The notes below the pieces were generated by a model, which saw only the letters and a program-made list of their open reading frames with translations, was not told the DNA's origin and did no database searches. Positions 1 to 13,300 of a DNA stretch of 64,000 nucleotides are shown piece by piece (the first letter of the stretch is position 1; each line of letters begins with the position of its first letter). A program made the translations under genes and the position numbers. Source of the stretch: Pocillopora damicornis (Eukaryota); NCBI RefSeq assembly GCF_003704095.1, contig NW_020846105.1, positions 62,001 to 126,000 of the forward strand. The letters run 5' to 3'.

Positions 1-288
1 AAATATTTGAGTCAACTCTAAAATTGATTTTATCATTGCCATCAAAGTATGCTACACGTATTATTCTATCTGGTTTCGTAAGGACTTGCTCTTAAAAATA
101 GTTCATATAATACAGGATGACCACACTTCGAAACTTTTGTCGATTTGGGGGAAAAATCAAATAACAGTTTCCCTTCATGTGCGTATGATAGCTTTTGCAT
201 TAGAAGCTTGGAAAAAGATACTTAATCGTTATTATTTCTTATAAGTTATAAGTATTATATCATTTTACCGCAGCAACTGAAAACTTAC

Positions 289-1322
289 CTCTAAAAGGAG
301 TCACATCGTTAGATGATGGCGTCACCTCCTGATCACATGTGTATGGAGCTGGGGAGGGATCGGATAATATAGTCATAAAGTGCAAAAGAGATATGAAAAT
401 AGCACAACAACTCAAGAAACCGTAATTAATGGTGATTTTATCATCATTGTTATTATTATAATTATGTTCCACTCATGCGAGAGGGCTTTAGTATGAAATA
501 TAACTTTCAAAGAAAATTAAGTTTTAATCAAACTAATGAACAAAAATTGGCACTTCAAGAACTTCTGTAACAGCACAAATACTCAAACACTTACATTTTT
601 TATTGACCACACGGTAGAAAGCACTGAAGCCAGTGTAGGAGTCTTTATCGTCGGATTTGAATATTAAAAACAGACTGTTCCATGTAGAGAAGATTCCTTC
701 CTCTGGTGGATGATGATCTCCATAAAACACACCCAACAAGTAATCTCTCTCATTTTCTCCATCGTACACATATAGCTCGTCCGTGTCTTCCTCGTTTTGT
801 AATTGGAAGGTTGTGAACTTAAGATGAACTCGTTGTGAGTAATGAACAGTTATTCTCCAAGAGCAGTACTGTCCACTTGGATACTTTTCCGGATGAAAAG
901 GCGATTGAAGAGTGCCATTGTTGGAGTTAAAAGTTTTGTTGCAGCCTACAAGCAAAAATTACGCACTTATAATTGAGTTACTGTCGTGACAAGAGGCCTG
1001 CACGAGAAATGATAGAAGTCTTGCACCGTATTAATTACATGAGTGGAAAGCACGCACGCACGCAGTGTGACTCACGATATGGACTAGCTCGTTTTATGAC
1101 ACAATACAACACCTTTATGCATAGTACTGTATCCATTTTCATGTACTATCTAACTTAAATTAACAACTCCAGTGATAATTAGGATAGCAAAAACCTGTCG
1201 TATCGTTTCAGTATCTTATGCCATTGCTGAAAATTTAAGTTACTTGACATTTCCACACAATTATGCTGTTTTTCTTACCCCGATAGTAACAGTAATACAT
1301 AGTTGGGTGTTTAATTCCTGCA
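289..1322 (-). CDS. ACR-1, 5' part: end of ApeC exon, CUB exon and stalk exon (contig in opposite orientation to the rest of the array)
   Basis: Minus-strand exons: 1279-1322 (..GIKHPTMYYCYYRG, ApeC C-terminus, truncated by gap), 595-945 (351 nt CUB: GCNKTF..SPFHPEKYPSGQYCSWRI..DELYVYDGE..FKSD..GFSAFY) and 289-348 (S/T/P stalk). All visible junctions are phase 1 with GT-AG sites. Confidence 0.85.
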
Positions 1323-1497
1323 NNNNNNNNNNNNNNNNNNNNNNNNNNNNNNNNNNNNNNNNNNNNNNNNNNNNNNNNNNNNNNNNNNNNNNNNNNNNNN
1401 NNNNNNNNNNNNNNNNNNNNNNAGAATCGCGTTAGCATTGTAATAATGATGATCATACGTAAATAATAGCAACGATACTGGTATTTTTCCTTCCTAG

Positions 1498-3179
1498 CTT
1501 CTGATTTTGTAACAATCTATTCAAGCGTATTTGATCATGAAGTGACTCCATCACCTGAAGTGTCCTCTACCAGTTTAAAAACCCTGGAAGTGACGTCATC
1601 TAGCGTTGTGGCTACTTTCTTTAGAGGTAAGACCTCAAGAACCGCGTAAGTGTGGTGATAATGAGGAACATATATAAATGATGACAACGATACTGATATT
1701 TCCTTTTCTAGCCGTTGATGTTAAAACCACCAATTCATGCACATCTGATTATGAGGTGACGCTACTGCCTGGTGTAACGGCGACCTCTCCAGACGCTCAG
1801 GAATTGACGTCATCCAAAGTTGAATTAACTACCCTCAAAAGTAAGTCCTCACGAAACGAGATCGATTAATAATGGTAGTAATATTCCACACGCTGAAATA
1901 AGAGTGATGTTAGAGTGATACTCAGTGTTTGCCTTTGTGGCACCATGCGCCAAATATANNNNNNNNNNNNNNNNNNNNNNNNNNNNNNNNNNNNNNNNNN
2001 NNNNNNNNNNNNNNNNNNNNNNNNNNNNNNNNNNNNNNNNNNNNNNNNNNNNNNNNNNNNNNNNNNNNNNNNNNNNNNNNNNNNNNNNNNNNNNNNNNNN
2101 NNNNNNNNNNNNNNNNNNNNNNNNNNNNNNNNNNNNNNNNNNNNNNNNNNNNNNNNNNNNNNNNNNNNNNNNNNNNNNNNNNNNNNNNNNNNNNNNNNNN
2201 NNNNNNNNNNNNNNNNNNNNNNNNNNNNNNNNNNNNNNNNNNNNNNNNNNNNNNNNNNNNNNNNNNNNNNNNNNNNNNNNNNNNNNNNNNNNNNNNNNNN
2301 NNNNNNNNNNNNNNNNNNNNNNNNNNNNNNNNNNNNNNNNNNNNNNNNNNNNNNNAACGCCAGAAGCGACGGATCAACCAATCCCAGCTATTTCTAAAGT
2401 GTTTCACTCCCTGGCAAACACAACTGTAAAGACACCCTTTAGAGAACCACAGACAGCGAAAGCCACGGAGCAGAAAAANNNNNNNNNNNNNNNNNNNNNN
2501 NNNNNNNNNNNNNNNNNNNNNNNNNNNNNNNNNNNNNNNNNNNNNNNNNNNNNNNNNNNNNNNNNNNNNNNNNNNNNNNNNNNNNNNNNNNNNNNNNNNN
2601 NNNNNNNNNNNNNNNNNNNNNNNNNNNNNNNNNNNNNNNNNNNNNNNNNNNNNNNNNNNNNNNNNNNNNNNNNNNNNNNNNNNNNNNNNNNNNNNNNNNN
2701 NNNNNNNNNNNNNNNNNNNNNNNNNNNNNNNNNNNNNNNNNNNNNNNNNNNNNNNNNNNNNNNNNNNNNNNNNNNNNNNNNNNNNNNNNNNNNNNNNNNN
2801 NNNNNNNNNNNNNNNNNNNNNNNNNNNNNNNNNNNNNNNNNNNNNNNNNNNNNNNNNNNNNNAAGCTTGCTGATAGGAGCATTTTTTTGCTGGAAGAGGT
2901 AAGAGCTATGATAGTGCAGTTATCATTCGTTCTTGTTTTGTCTGAATTGAGAACCAATTTTTTTGGTGCAAAAATAATAAATAAGCCCATAGATGCAGAC
3001 ATAACAATAACTGGAGACAAGAAAGAAGAATTTATCATAACGAACAAAAACTTATCGTGAAAAAAATAGTAATGTAAAACTTTTTTTCATTTTCTTGATT
3101 TGTTTAATGTTTTTATTTCTTTTTTGCGAAGGAAGAGAAGGAGAGATAATGGAGTATTAGACGATTCGGTTTATTTGAG
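1498..3179 (+). CDS. ACR-1, 3' part: tandem mucin-like stalk exons, TM end and first cytoplasmic exon (gapped)
   Basis: Two 129-nt phase-1 exons, 1498-1626 and 1712-1840 (S/T-rich, EVTP/EVTSS repeats). Fragment 2357-2478 (TPEATDQPIP..). TM end 2863-2898 (SLLIGAFFCWKR|gt). 48-nt exon 3132-3179 (RKRRRDNGVLDDSVYL). Confidence 0.65.
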
Positions 3180-6100
3180 GTACGGATATGAAAATTATAT
3201 TATTGATTAGCGACAAATTCAACACGGTTTTTTTCGTGAGTTTTTTGGGTAAATTTCAACTTAGCTAGATTGCAACTTGGGTTGAAAGCGTAGTGAACAT
3301 TGCCTAGTCTTGTTTCCGTGAAGGATTGGATTAGTGGCGATGGAGTGAAATCTAAGAATTCTTTGGCCGGGAAATCTAGATCAAGCAGTCAAGGCTTGAT
3401 CAAGCCCCGGATGACAAAAGTCACAACAGTTTTGTTCTTGAGCGGAGACACCTAGTTTTCACAGTATTCCTTTTCAGAACAAGGTAACAAAATAATGAGT
3501 GGTATCAAGGATCGAGAAGAACCATGTTGATAGAAACACTCCTATATACAGTTTTGTGCTGGGGAATACTTGAAAGAGCTCAAGGCATCCAGGTAGCCAT
3601 GGCAACACAAAGAGAAGCACACCTTTNNNNNNNNNNNNNNNNNNNNNNNNNNNNNNNNNNNNNNNNNNNNNNNNNNNNNNNNNNNNNNNNNNNNNNNNNN
3701 NNNNNNNNNNNNNNNNNNNNNNNNNNGATAGAAATATTAAAGGTGACTGCACCACTCAAAACTCCAACAAAGTAGCCAGCTAAGAATGCTTACTTGGGGT
3801 TGCTATAATGAAAATTGAAATAACAAACATGAAATGATTTTTACGTGTATCCACGACGATTAATGTAATAATAAACCATCGCCGATAGAGTATAAAGGGG
3901 GCACTGTGAAAAGTTATCTCCAAATCAACTGCCATTAAGAGGGGAGGGAAGTCATAAGAATTTTACAGAGCTTTTAGGGTGGAATAGGCGAATTTTATCG
4001 TGACACAACTAAAATTCTCCCACCCCACCCCTCAGGCTATAAATCATCAGCGGTCCTTAAGTTGTTATAGTTTGTTCTTCTGTTTGGAATAACTACTGTA
4101 CAACGTGATAAAGTTTGATGAAAATAGCTCGACCTTTAGCGTTCGAAATACTCACTTTGGACAGAACATACATATTATTGGTTTTTATTGCTTTGTGCTT
4201 TATTTAACTCCAAACAATAATTTTGTAATGGTGGCCTTTATTCTGCTAGTTAAGTTGTATTAACTCAGTACCTGTTTTGTCAAACAGGCAATAAATTGAC
4301 AATGACTCAGACTGCACATGTTACCTTCCTGTATCACATTAAAGGGAATTGAGTAAAATAAATTAATTACCAGGGTGGTGTCATAGAGTGTACAAAACTA
4401 CGTGACGTATGATGAGTTTGCATTTTGCAGGCTGCTTCAAAACTTGAGTTTGCATAATGAATCGCTGTTGTTGTTTCTTGTCAGTGGCGCTCCTCTTGCT
4501 TTGCAGTAACACAGTTCAGGTAGTTTAAGTCACCTAATTGTGGTAAAATTTTATTCTAAACCTAGAATTCCCATCCACACAGACCTGGTAAACTATTGTA
4601 GTCAAATCCAATTCCGCGAATGTGCTCCATATTTTCACTCTGAAAACTGATTTCGTATTTGAAAGCTTTGAAGCATGGCAGGAGGAATTTTTCTTTGAGA
4701 AACTTGTACCATGTTGTGTTAACAATTTTACAAAATGATCTGTATATGTTACAGACTATTGAATAGAGCCTTGGTCATTCATGGACTTTTATTGCCTCTA
4801 GAGGTGTAAGTGTACTCGGCCAGCTATTACGTTACATTCTATCGCGTTCAAAGAATTTCCTAAGATTCAATCAACATCAAACTGTACCTCACCTCTTTCG
4901 CTTATTGGTAGTTTCACCGGTTATAAGCTCTTATCGCGAAGTTCATCTTGCGAGCGTGCAAGCTCACAAGATCCACATATGTTTAGGACATAAGACAAAT
5001 TCGTCCAAATTGTACTGAATAAAGAAAACGGTTTCTCAGAAATCAAGAAATTTCTGAAAGTANNNNNNNNNNNNNNNNNNNNNNNNNNNNNNNNNNNNNN
5101 NNNNNNNNNNNNNNNNNNNNNNNNNNNNNNNNNNNNNNNNNNNNNNNNNNNNNNNNNNNNNNNNNNNNNNNNNNNNNNNNNNNNNNNNNNNNNNTCATTT
5201 TCCTTAGACAAGTATCAGGTAAGGAATGAAGAGAATCTACGTTTAATTTATGAAAATACCGTTTTAATGAGTGATTTTGGAATCAGGACACAGGTGAAGG
5301 CGGTTTTTCCTTCACCTTCCCTCGACGGGAATGCCGTGACAACTCAGACAAGGTCCGTTTGAATGGCAACGATTCTATCCTTTCTATCTTAAAGTTGGGA
5401 AGAAAAGATCTCTTCTTCAGCAATATTCTAGGCTAGTAAGCTAGAGTTAGTGAACTGCACCACCTATCTGGCAACGTCTTTCGAGGAAGCTCAGCTTCAG
5501 TCTTAAGGAAAGTGATCAATACTTTTCTNNNNNNNNNNNNNNNNNNNNNNNNNNNNNNNNNNNNNNNNNNNNNNNNNNNNNNNNNNNNNNNNNNNNNNNN
5601 NNNNNNNNNNNNNNNNNNNNNNNNNNNNGTCTTTCGAGGAAGCTCAGCTTCAGTCTTAAGGAAAGTGATCAATACTTTTCTTCCTCGGATGATTGATAGA
5701 AGCCAAAAGATTTTGAAATCGTGTAATTTCCTTGGTATACCAGTAGCAAGATATAAATCTTCCTCCCTCTTCCTGTCTGTTTGACTTAAATTCCTTTGAT
5801 GTTAGGCATGGAAAGATGACTTTACTTGTTCAGTGCTGATAAGAACTGCTGCAATGATATGACGCTTAGATTTTTTAACAGAAATCCTCGCTGATCAATA
5901 TACTTCAACTTTATCTATTACCTTTCTCAGTGACACTGCAAACCTTAGCGTTTCTTTGCAGGTGTTGAGGAAAAACTCATGAATACTCCAATGATATCAG
6001 TAGTCCCTTCGGATAGAAGCTTACTGAAGATTATTTAAATAATGTTATTCTTTACATCTCAATATTTTGAGGTCCATGCAAATCAATGGTTGAAAAATTC

Positions 6101-6231
6101 GCGAATTACATAAAGGTACACTTCAAAGCTTTAATGGAGGAATGTCGTGACTGTGATGTAACTTTTTTCATCTTACTGATGCTGTCTGCTTTGTGGCCAT
6201 GCACCATTTGATCATTTCTGAATTTCTCCAG

Positions 6232-9200
6232 AATGCACTCGTTGGCCAGCTGGAACATACGGTCTACCCAAACCAATATCCGGGTGTCCCTGGTCAGAAG
6301 GCTTTTCCTGGAGAGAAAGATAGAGGTCTCAAGATACCAACGGAAAACAATCGAACAACTCAAGGTCACCAAAATTTCACCTTGATGGAAAAGTGGATAA
6401 CGATGAGATTAAAATATCCTTCTGCATTAAAGATGATATAACAACCGATAGGAACAGGCCTCCATGGCCAAAAGGTTGGTTGCAATTATTTCCTGATGAA
6501 AATGTTGGTCGCGCGACATGCGCTCACTAGCTATTCTCATTGCTAACCTAATTCAAAGCAAGGATAACACAACCTTTAAACTTCTTGCTTGGCATCATCC
6601 TTTGTAATGGATAAATAAGTGGTGTAATCCTTTCCGGTCATTTTAGTTTAAGAATTGAATAGTTCTCTTAGACCGAACATTTTAAAAGTGTTATCATCTG
6701 CATTCCATGTAATTCGTCGTCAATAATATTCAATACCCTGTTCAATATCTGTTACAGGGAAGTACTGCATCTATAAGAGAAGACGGCAATGCCCTGCAGG
6801 TTTAACATTAGGTGAACTCTTCTGGGATGACGAGGAGAACGCAAACCGTAATGATGATGGAGGAACACTTCCTGAGGGTAAATATAACCACGACACAGTT
6901 ATCTACTTTTGCTACAAAACAAACGGTTCCAAAGACGACCCAATTGCTCTTCCGGTGAAATCTCCATTTTTTTCTTCTGGTGTATGAGTCGGCAAAATGC
7001 CAGATGGTCAAGTGGGCTGTATATTCTGTGGAGTGGATATATTACGCCACAGAAGATTAGGACGAAGACGAAGCACTTGATGCGTACCCTTACAACGCTG
7101 GAAAAGTCATCCCACCATTTATTATTGCTTCTATCAAGGTGAGAGTCAATTTCCTATGATTGCGTAAAGATCAGAAATAAAAGCTAGTATTGAAATAATT
7201 GACGGACTCGTTTGGCGGTGTTCAGCTGTATTTTAGATGTAAACCCTNNNNNNNNNNNNNNNNNNNNNNNNNNNNNNNNNNNNNNNNNNNNNNNNNNNNN
7301 NNNNNNNNNNNNNNNNNNNNNNNNNNNNNNNNNNNNNNNNNNNNNNNNNNNNNNNNNNNNNNNNNNNNNNNNNNNNNNNNNNNNNNNNNNNNNNNNNNNN
7401 NNNNNNNNNNNNNNNNNNNNNNNNNNNNNNNNNNNNNNNNNNNNNNNNNNNNNNNNNNNNNNNNNNNNNNNNNNNNNNNNNNNNNNNNNNNNNNNNNNNN
7501 NNNNNNNNNNNNNNNNNNNNNNNNNNNNNNNNNNNNNNNNNNNNNNNNNNNNNNNNNNNNNNNNNNNNNNNNNNNNNNNNNNNNNNNNNNNNNNNNNNNN
7601 NNNNNNNNNNNNNNNNNNNNNNNNNNNNNNNNNNNNNNNNNNNNNNNNNNNNNNNNNNCAATTATTCTAGACTAATGCTTCAAAGGGTATCGACTGATAA
7701 AAGGTTGCTTTGGTTATACTTGGGAAACAATGGTATTTTGTTTTAGAAAATTAACATACGAATATACTTTTCTTAACAAACAGGAGTACGTTTTCCAACA
7801 AAATTAGTACCACATGTGTCTATGATTCCTCAAACCTCGAAATTGACCCAAACACCGTCGATTACCACTGAACCTTTCCAGACGCCGAATTCGACATCCA
7901 TCACAGAGCCATGGAAAAAAACAACTTATATACCATCCTTGGAAAGTGAAAAATGCAATGATAGAGAATATTCTGAGTACAAAGGTAACATAAAACAGTA
8001 ATGTTTGCTACATCAACGATGCGAGTAAATTCATAAAACTTGTGTTTTGTCATACTTGTTTAATAGCTTCGATAAAAAAACCTTATTAAAGACATTTATC
8101 AAAATGTAACTGAACTGTTATATATTTAAATAGACCTAAATCTTCTGATTGTTTTTATTATACCTCTCAACTAAGTTTAAAATTTTATTTTTTTATTTTA
8201 TCTTTGGAATGTTTTTTTTTTCGTTTGTCTGTTTTCTTAGGTACCCAGGCTGAGCAGGGAACGATCAACAAAGACATAGTATATGGATCCGTCATTGGAA
8301 TCCTCGCCTTACTGCTAATAATATTTATGATAAATCAATTTTTAAAAAAATGCAAACGTAAGTACTTGCTTTGAGGTACACTGTTAGTTAGGATGTTTGT
8401 GTCGAGCTAACATATCAAAACCATAGCTTAAGTACTTATCCACGTGGGCCTTTTTATGATCGGCGTAATGACTTTGATTCCTTCATAGATAAATTAGAGG
8501 CGTGAAGAATGCAGAACTAAAATAACTTATCAGCTCTCATGCTGAATAATGCTGGTAGAACCATACTATTAAGATGATACTAGGCTACGAGCGCTCTACA
8601 TACTCTTAGGGTTGCACATTCGATACCGAACGATTACCGTATAACCGTTTGAATTAATAAATGCTTAGAATAACACCTTCTTTGTTTCACTGATTGTTTC
8701 CTTTTTTATTCCTAGATAACAAAAGAAATCGGTAAGTATGTTTGTTTGTGTCATAGGTCAGAGTCTTGTTAAAAATTAGTAATGCGAGCAAATAACGCTG
8801 TCCTTGGAGATTGATAGAGCAATGGTTATTGTGGATCTTCCTTTTCAAAAATGATTTCATAGAGGTACATGGCTTCATGATTAACGAAAACAGTTTTTAG
8901 TTTACGGTGCACTGACTTAAATAATAAGGAATATTCCATTCTTCGATAATTTGATGTTAATTACTCTTCCATTGAAATTCAAGTAAAAATGCAAGGTTAA
9001 AGTTTGTGTTGGATGGGATGAAGTTTATCCTCTCCTGGGGCGTGTGAAAGTTGTTCTCAAAGATATGACATTTTTCTTAGAAAAAAGAGCATGCCTGCAG
9101 GGAAGAAACAGTCTCGCTATGTAAGAAGAAAATCAATACTAGGCCACACTTATAAACCAACAAAATAGACGGTGTTCCCAACACCGCCACATGACCATAA

Positions 9201-9788
9201 TCAACGATGTTAAACTGAATACATTTTTGGTAGACATACCGTCTATGAATAATTTGAAGGTTCTAGCTTAAAAGTATTTTAGGTGTATTTTGCATCCTTT
9301 GAATGTGAATGAAACTTGAAAATTTAGAACTTCTGAGTCATTTGGGGGACAAACGAATTGTGGCCAGTGTTCCACTGTTATTTTATCGGCTGACAAACCT
9401 ATCCTTGAAAGCCTTTTTTCCACCATGTTTAACAAAGTGGAGGAGCAGGAGTACCGGGTTACTCGTTTCGTCGGCCTTGTATCGCAGAATAGCAAACAGT
9501 GAACAGATAAACTGAGATCATCTCAAGGATACACGTCAATATTGAAAGTCACAAAACTAATACATTACTCAAATAGAGGAAGATGTCTGAGAGAAATTTT
9601 ACTTCACAGCTGTCAAATAAATAAGCAAGTAAGTCACAACAAAACGTTACAGTTCACACTTTCATTTGAGAACACAGAACCAGGCTGCTGAAATTGAAAC
9701 TGATGATCAGGAGTATACAAGCCATCATCATAAACCTGAGAGTTACGTGGTGAACGAAACTTCACCTTCACAAGGAAGTTTAAAAGAA
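6232..9788 (+). pseudogene. ACR-2: ApeC-(CUB presumed in gap)-stalk-TM receptor pseudogene, closest paralog of ACR-3
   Basis: Exons 6232-6474 and 6758-7138 (ApeC), 7784-7984 (stalk), 8241-8357 (TM), 8716-8731, 9081-9120, and 9678 to the gap. Lesions relative to ACR-3: TGG>TAG at 6321-6323, +1 T in the run at 6967-6973, TCG>TAG at 7058-7060, and a 1-nt deletion near 7106. Confidence 0.85.
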
Positions 9789-10330
9789 NNNNNNNNNNNN
9801 NNNNNNNNNNNNNNNNNNNNNNNNNNNNNNNNNNNNNNNNNNNNNNNNNNNNNNNNNNNNNNNNNNNNNNNNNNNNNNNNNNNNNNNNACATTCTGTACG
9901 ATTTCAGCTCCGAGAATTTGGTGTTAGTGAAAATTATACTATATTTCATGTTTTTATGTCTTCTTACTACCAAGATGCTTGAAAGAGAAATTATATCACA
10001 AGGAGAGTCTCCTATTTGGTCACTACAATATCTGAGTTACTTTTGTTACCTACTGCGGGAAAGTAATCTTTTTACGGTTAAAAAAAGAGATACGAATAAG
10101 AATAAAAGAAACTAGGATGGACGAGGATTGCAGATGAAAAACTTGAAATGTAGAACTGAGGTTTGTAGCCAAAGAGAGTGACGCAGTCACAGGAGTGGAT
10201 TCAACGTCTTGTTAAGTTTGTGTGACAACCATCAAAAGACATGTTAATCCGTACCACGTAACGCTTTAAAGCGAGGCAGTCATTGTATTACTTTGTCGCT
10301 GAGGTATTTAAAGGTTTTAGAGACATTAAA

Positions 10331-13300
10331 ATGCTGCTGTGGACAATTTTGGGACTCATGTTCTTCACTTTTTCCTTAAATGTTTCAAGTAAGTGTGCTA
10401 TTTATTGCATATGCATGAAATGATGTAATGAAGTGTGCCATGAATATGTCAGAAGGTATCGTTAAAACGGTGCGCAGATAAACGTGGTCAACGAGTAACA
10501 GTTTATGCTTTAGAACTTTGTCCTCTTTCTTTGTCCGACGGATTTACCAGATTTAAGTCAAAGGAACAGCCCTAGATCTCATTTTTTATCCACTACAGAT
10601 AGGGAAATTCTGCCGAAATCAACACAGACATCGCAAAGTAGCTGTAGACAATTGTTATTGTCAAGATTAAGATTACGACCAAGCTTCTTTGGTATTACAG
10701 TATTATAGAACAGGCTCGCTCGGAGACCATGAATTATTTAACTCCACCGTTCAATAGTGTAGGTAAAGTTATCATGCCTACTGTGTTTTGAGTTTCCCAG
10801 ATATAAACCCGATCTCTTGATGATTGTTTTCAAATGTGCTTAATGTTCCTAAAAATGTGCCTAAAAAATGTGCCTAAAAACGTGATGCCGCCATTTTGAA
10901 TATTCTTTAACTCTCCGGCTGATTACCTGTGCGGAAACTAAGTCCGCTCGTTTCGTCTCTCGGAGATCGTTTTGAATAATCAGGATCAACAGTAAATGGT
11001 AGTTTTGCCCATTCTTCAGTTTCTAGGAAAGAAAGTGTTTGTTCAGCGATTGACGTGCGATGTGCTTTCGCGTATGCGTTTGTTTATTGAGTTGTTATCA
11101 AATTGACAGCGACCGAATTCGAATTTGAAGGACATTTGGATAAAACTTTAAGTAGCTAATTCATTCTCTCTTTAGACTCTCAAACCACGTCAGGGGCTGG
11201 AGCTTTCTTCTCCTTTTATCGTAACGGAACTATAATTCACATTCTCACCGACAAGGCTAAAACGAAATACTGGGACAGGTAAAACGTTCAAGCATACGAT
11301 TTATAGTCCAGCCTGTATTAAGCGGCACTGTATTTAAGCAGTCACCTGTAATAAGCGGTCAGTTGTCGAAGTCCTGAATTTGATTTCTGCAAATCACTGT
11401 AATCTTCACCACTATTAAGCGGTTACCTCTATTTAGCGGTCGCGGTCTCCCTTTTCTAAGTCCCAACAGTTTACATTGAACAGCCACTGAAAGCGGAACC
11501 AGTCAAATAAAACTAATAATAATCTTTCAAGAAATTTTAATCCATGTTTCTCACTCAAAATCATAGTAATATTATCGAGCGAGATTCTGTACACAACGTG
11601 GTCAATTCTAGCATAAATGGCGTTGTTTATCGGTTTTTAACCTCTAGTGCAAAGCACAGACACATTGCTTTGACGCTAAAAAATATGAGTAAGTGCTTCA
11701 TTTATGACAAACTATGAAGTTCCTTTGAGGTTTCTCATATAACGGCGTACATGATGTATTTGGTAAGTATTCTTTTCTGGGTAAGATCATCGATAATCAC
11801 TTGGTATTCCCTCTTAACCCGAAATAAACAACCGATGAAAACGTATGGCAATCTGAACCAGACGAATTAGTGATGAGGACAAACTCATGAATACTGATAA
11901 GGCTGATGAGGGTCCAATGACACACAATTTCCATCCAGAAATCCCAGAGACGTTCGCAACAATTTGTAAGGCTTAACATTCTTAAGACCATGCGAATCAC
12001 CAGTAGAAAAATTCACATAAAATACAGAGGTAAATTTTCAGAGCTTTGATTAAAGAGAGTTGTCATACAGGCATTCAGTTAAAAAAATACTTTCACTTAT
12101 TCATTTCAATGCAGTCTGCTTTGTGACCATGCACCATTTGATTATTTTTTACTTTCTCCAGAATGCACTCGTTGGCCAGCTGGAACATATGGTCTACCCA
12201 AACCAGTATCCGGGTGTCCCTGGTCAGAAGGTATTTTGTGGAGAGAAGGATGGAGGTCCCAAGGCACCTTCGGAATACAAACGAACAACTCAAGGTCACC
12301 CGAATTTCACCTTGATGGAAAGGTGAATAGCAATGAGGTCAAAAGATCCTTCTGTATTAAATACCGTATGACAAGTGATTGGAACAGACCTCCATGGCCG
12401 AAAGGTGGGTTGCAATTTGTTCTCATGAAAATTTTTGCCGCACAACATGTGTCCTCCATTTATGCTCATTGCTAACCTAACTCGAAACAAGGCCTATAAA
12501 CTATCAACTTCTTGCTTTGCACCATTCTTTTTGAACAGTGAGGCCGTTATCCGTTGATCTCTCGTCGTCAGTGGTATTCAATACCCTCTCGTCATTTTCT
12601 GATCTCTTACAGGGAAGTACTGCATCTACAAAAAATATAGATGCCCTAAAGGTTTATCATTCGGTGAACTCTTCTGGGATGATCAAGACGGCTATCGGAT
12701 TAACGAAGATGGCGGAGTACTTCCCGAGGGCAGATATAACCACGACACAACTATCAAATTTTGCTGCAGAACAGACGGCGATAGAGATGACCCAGTTCTT
12801 CTTCCGGTGAAATCTCCATTTTTTCTTCTGGCGTATGAGTCGGCAAAGTGCCAGATGGTCAAATGGGCTGTTTCTACTGTGGAGTGGATACATTATGATA
12901 CAGAAGATTCGGACAACCAAGACGAAGCACTTGGTGCGTACCCTTACAACGCTGGAAAAATTCATCCCACCATTTTTTATTGTTACTACCGAGGTGAGGG
13001 TCAATCGCCTCGCAGTTGAAAAATGATCAGCAAGTATTGAAATAATCAATGGACTCGTTTAAAGGTGTCCAGTTGTGTTATAGACTTACATACTTTTGAT
13101 TGTACTGGAAACTGTCGGATACCATATTCGAGTTTAACGAACATTAGGCGATCTTCCCTCAGAAGTGGTATGTTTAGATAAATCAAACGAACGACCAAGA
13201 CAAAGCACCATGCTGGAAAAAGTCACCCCGCTATTTGTTATTTTTACTATGGATCCGGAAGTGAGGCTCAATTGCCTTTGGCGGCCATAGCCTTTGCCTT

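Noticed and set aside
1866-3047. Long ORFs in the ORF track (also 7199-7675 and 20256-20906)
   Set aside because: Artefacts of translating through N gaps.
4457-4519. Possible signal-peptide exon for ACR-2 (MNRCCCFLSVALLLLCSNTVQ)
   Set aside because: It ends in phase 0 whereas the ApeC exon needs phase 1, and it is not clearly homologous to the 58-nt signal exons. Left unassigned.
5477-5680. Direct repeat gtctttcgaggaagctcagcttcagtcttaaggaaagtgatcaatacttttct
   Set aside because: Identical sequence on both sides of a 100-N gap, so an unmerged contig overlap. Not a CRISPR or biological repeat.
4900-5960. Possible degenerate retroelement fragment in the ACR-2 upstream/intron region
   Set aside because: Gapped, with no diagnostic RT or endonuclease motif recognisable by eye.
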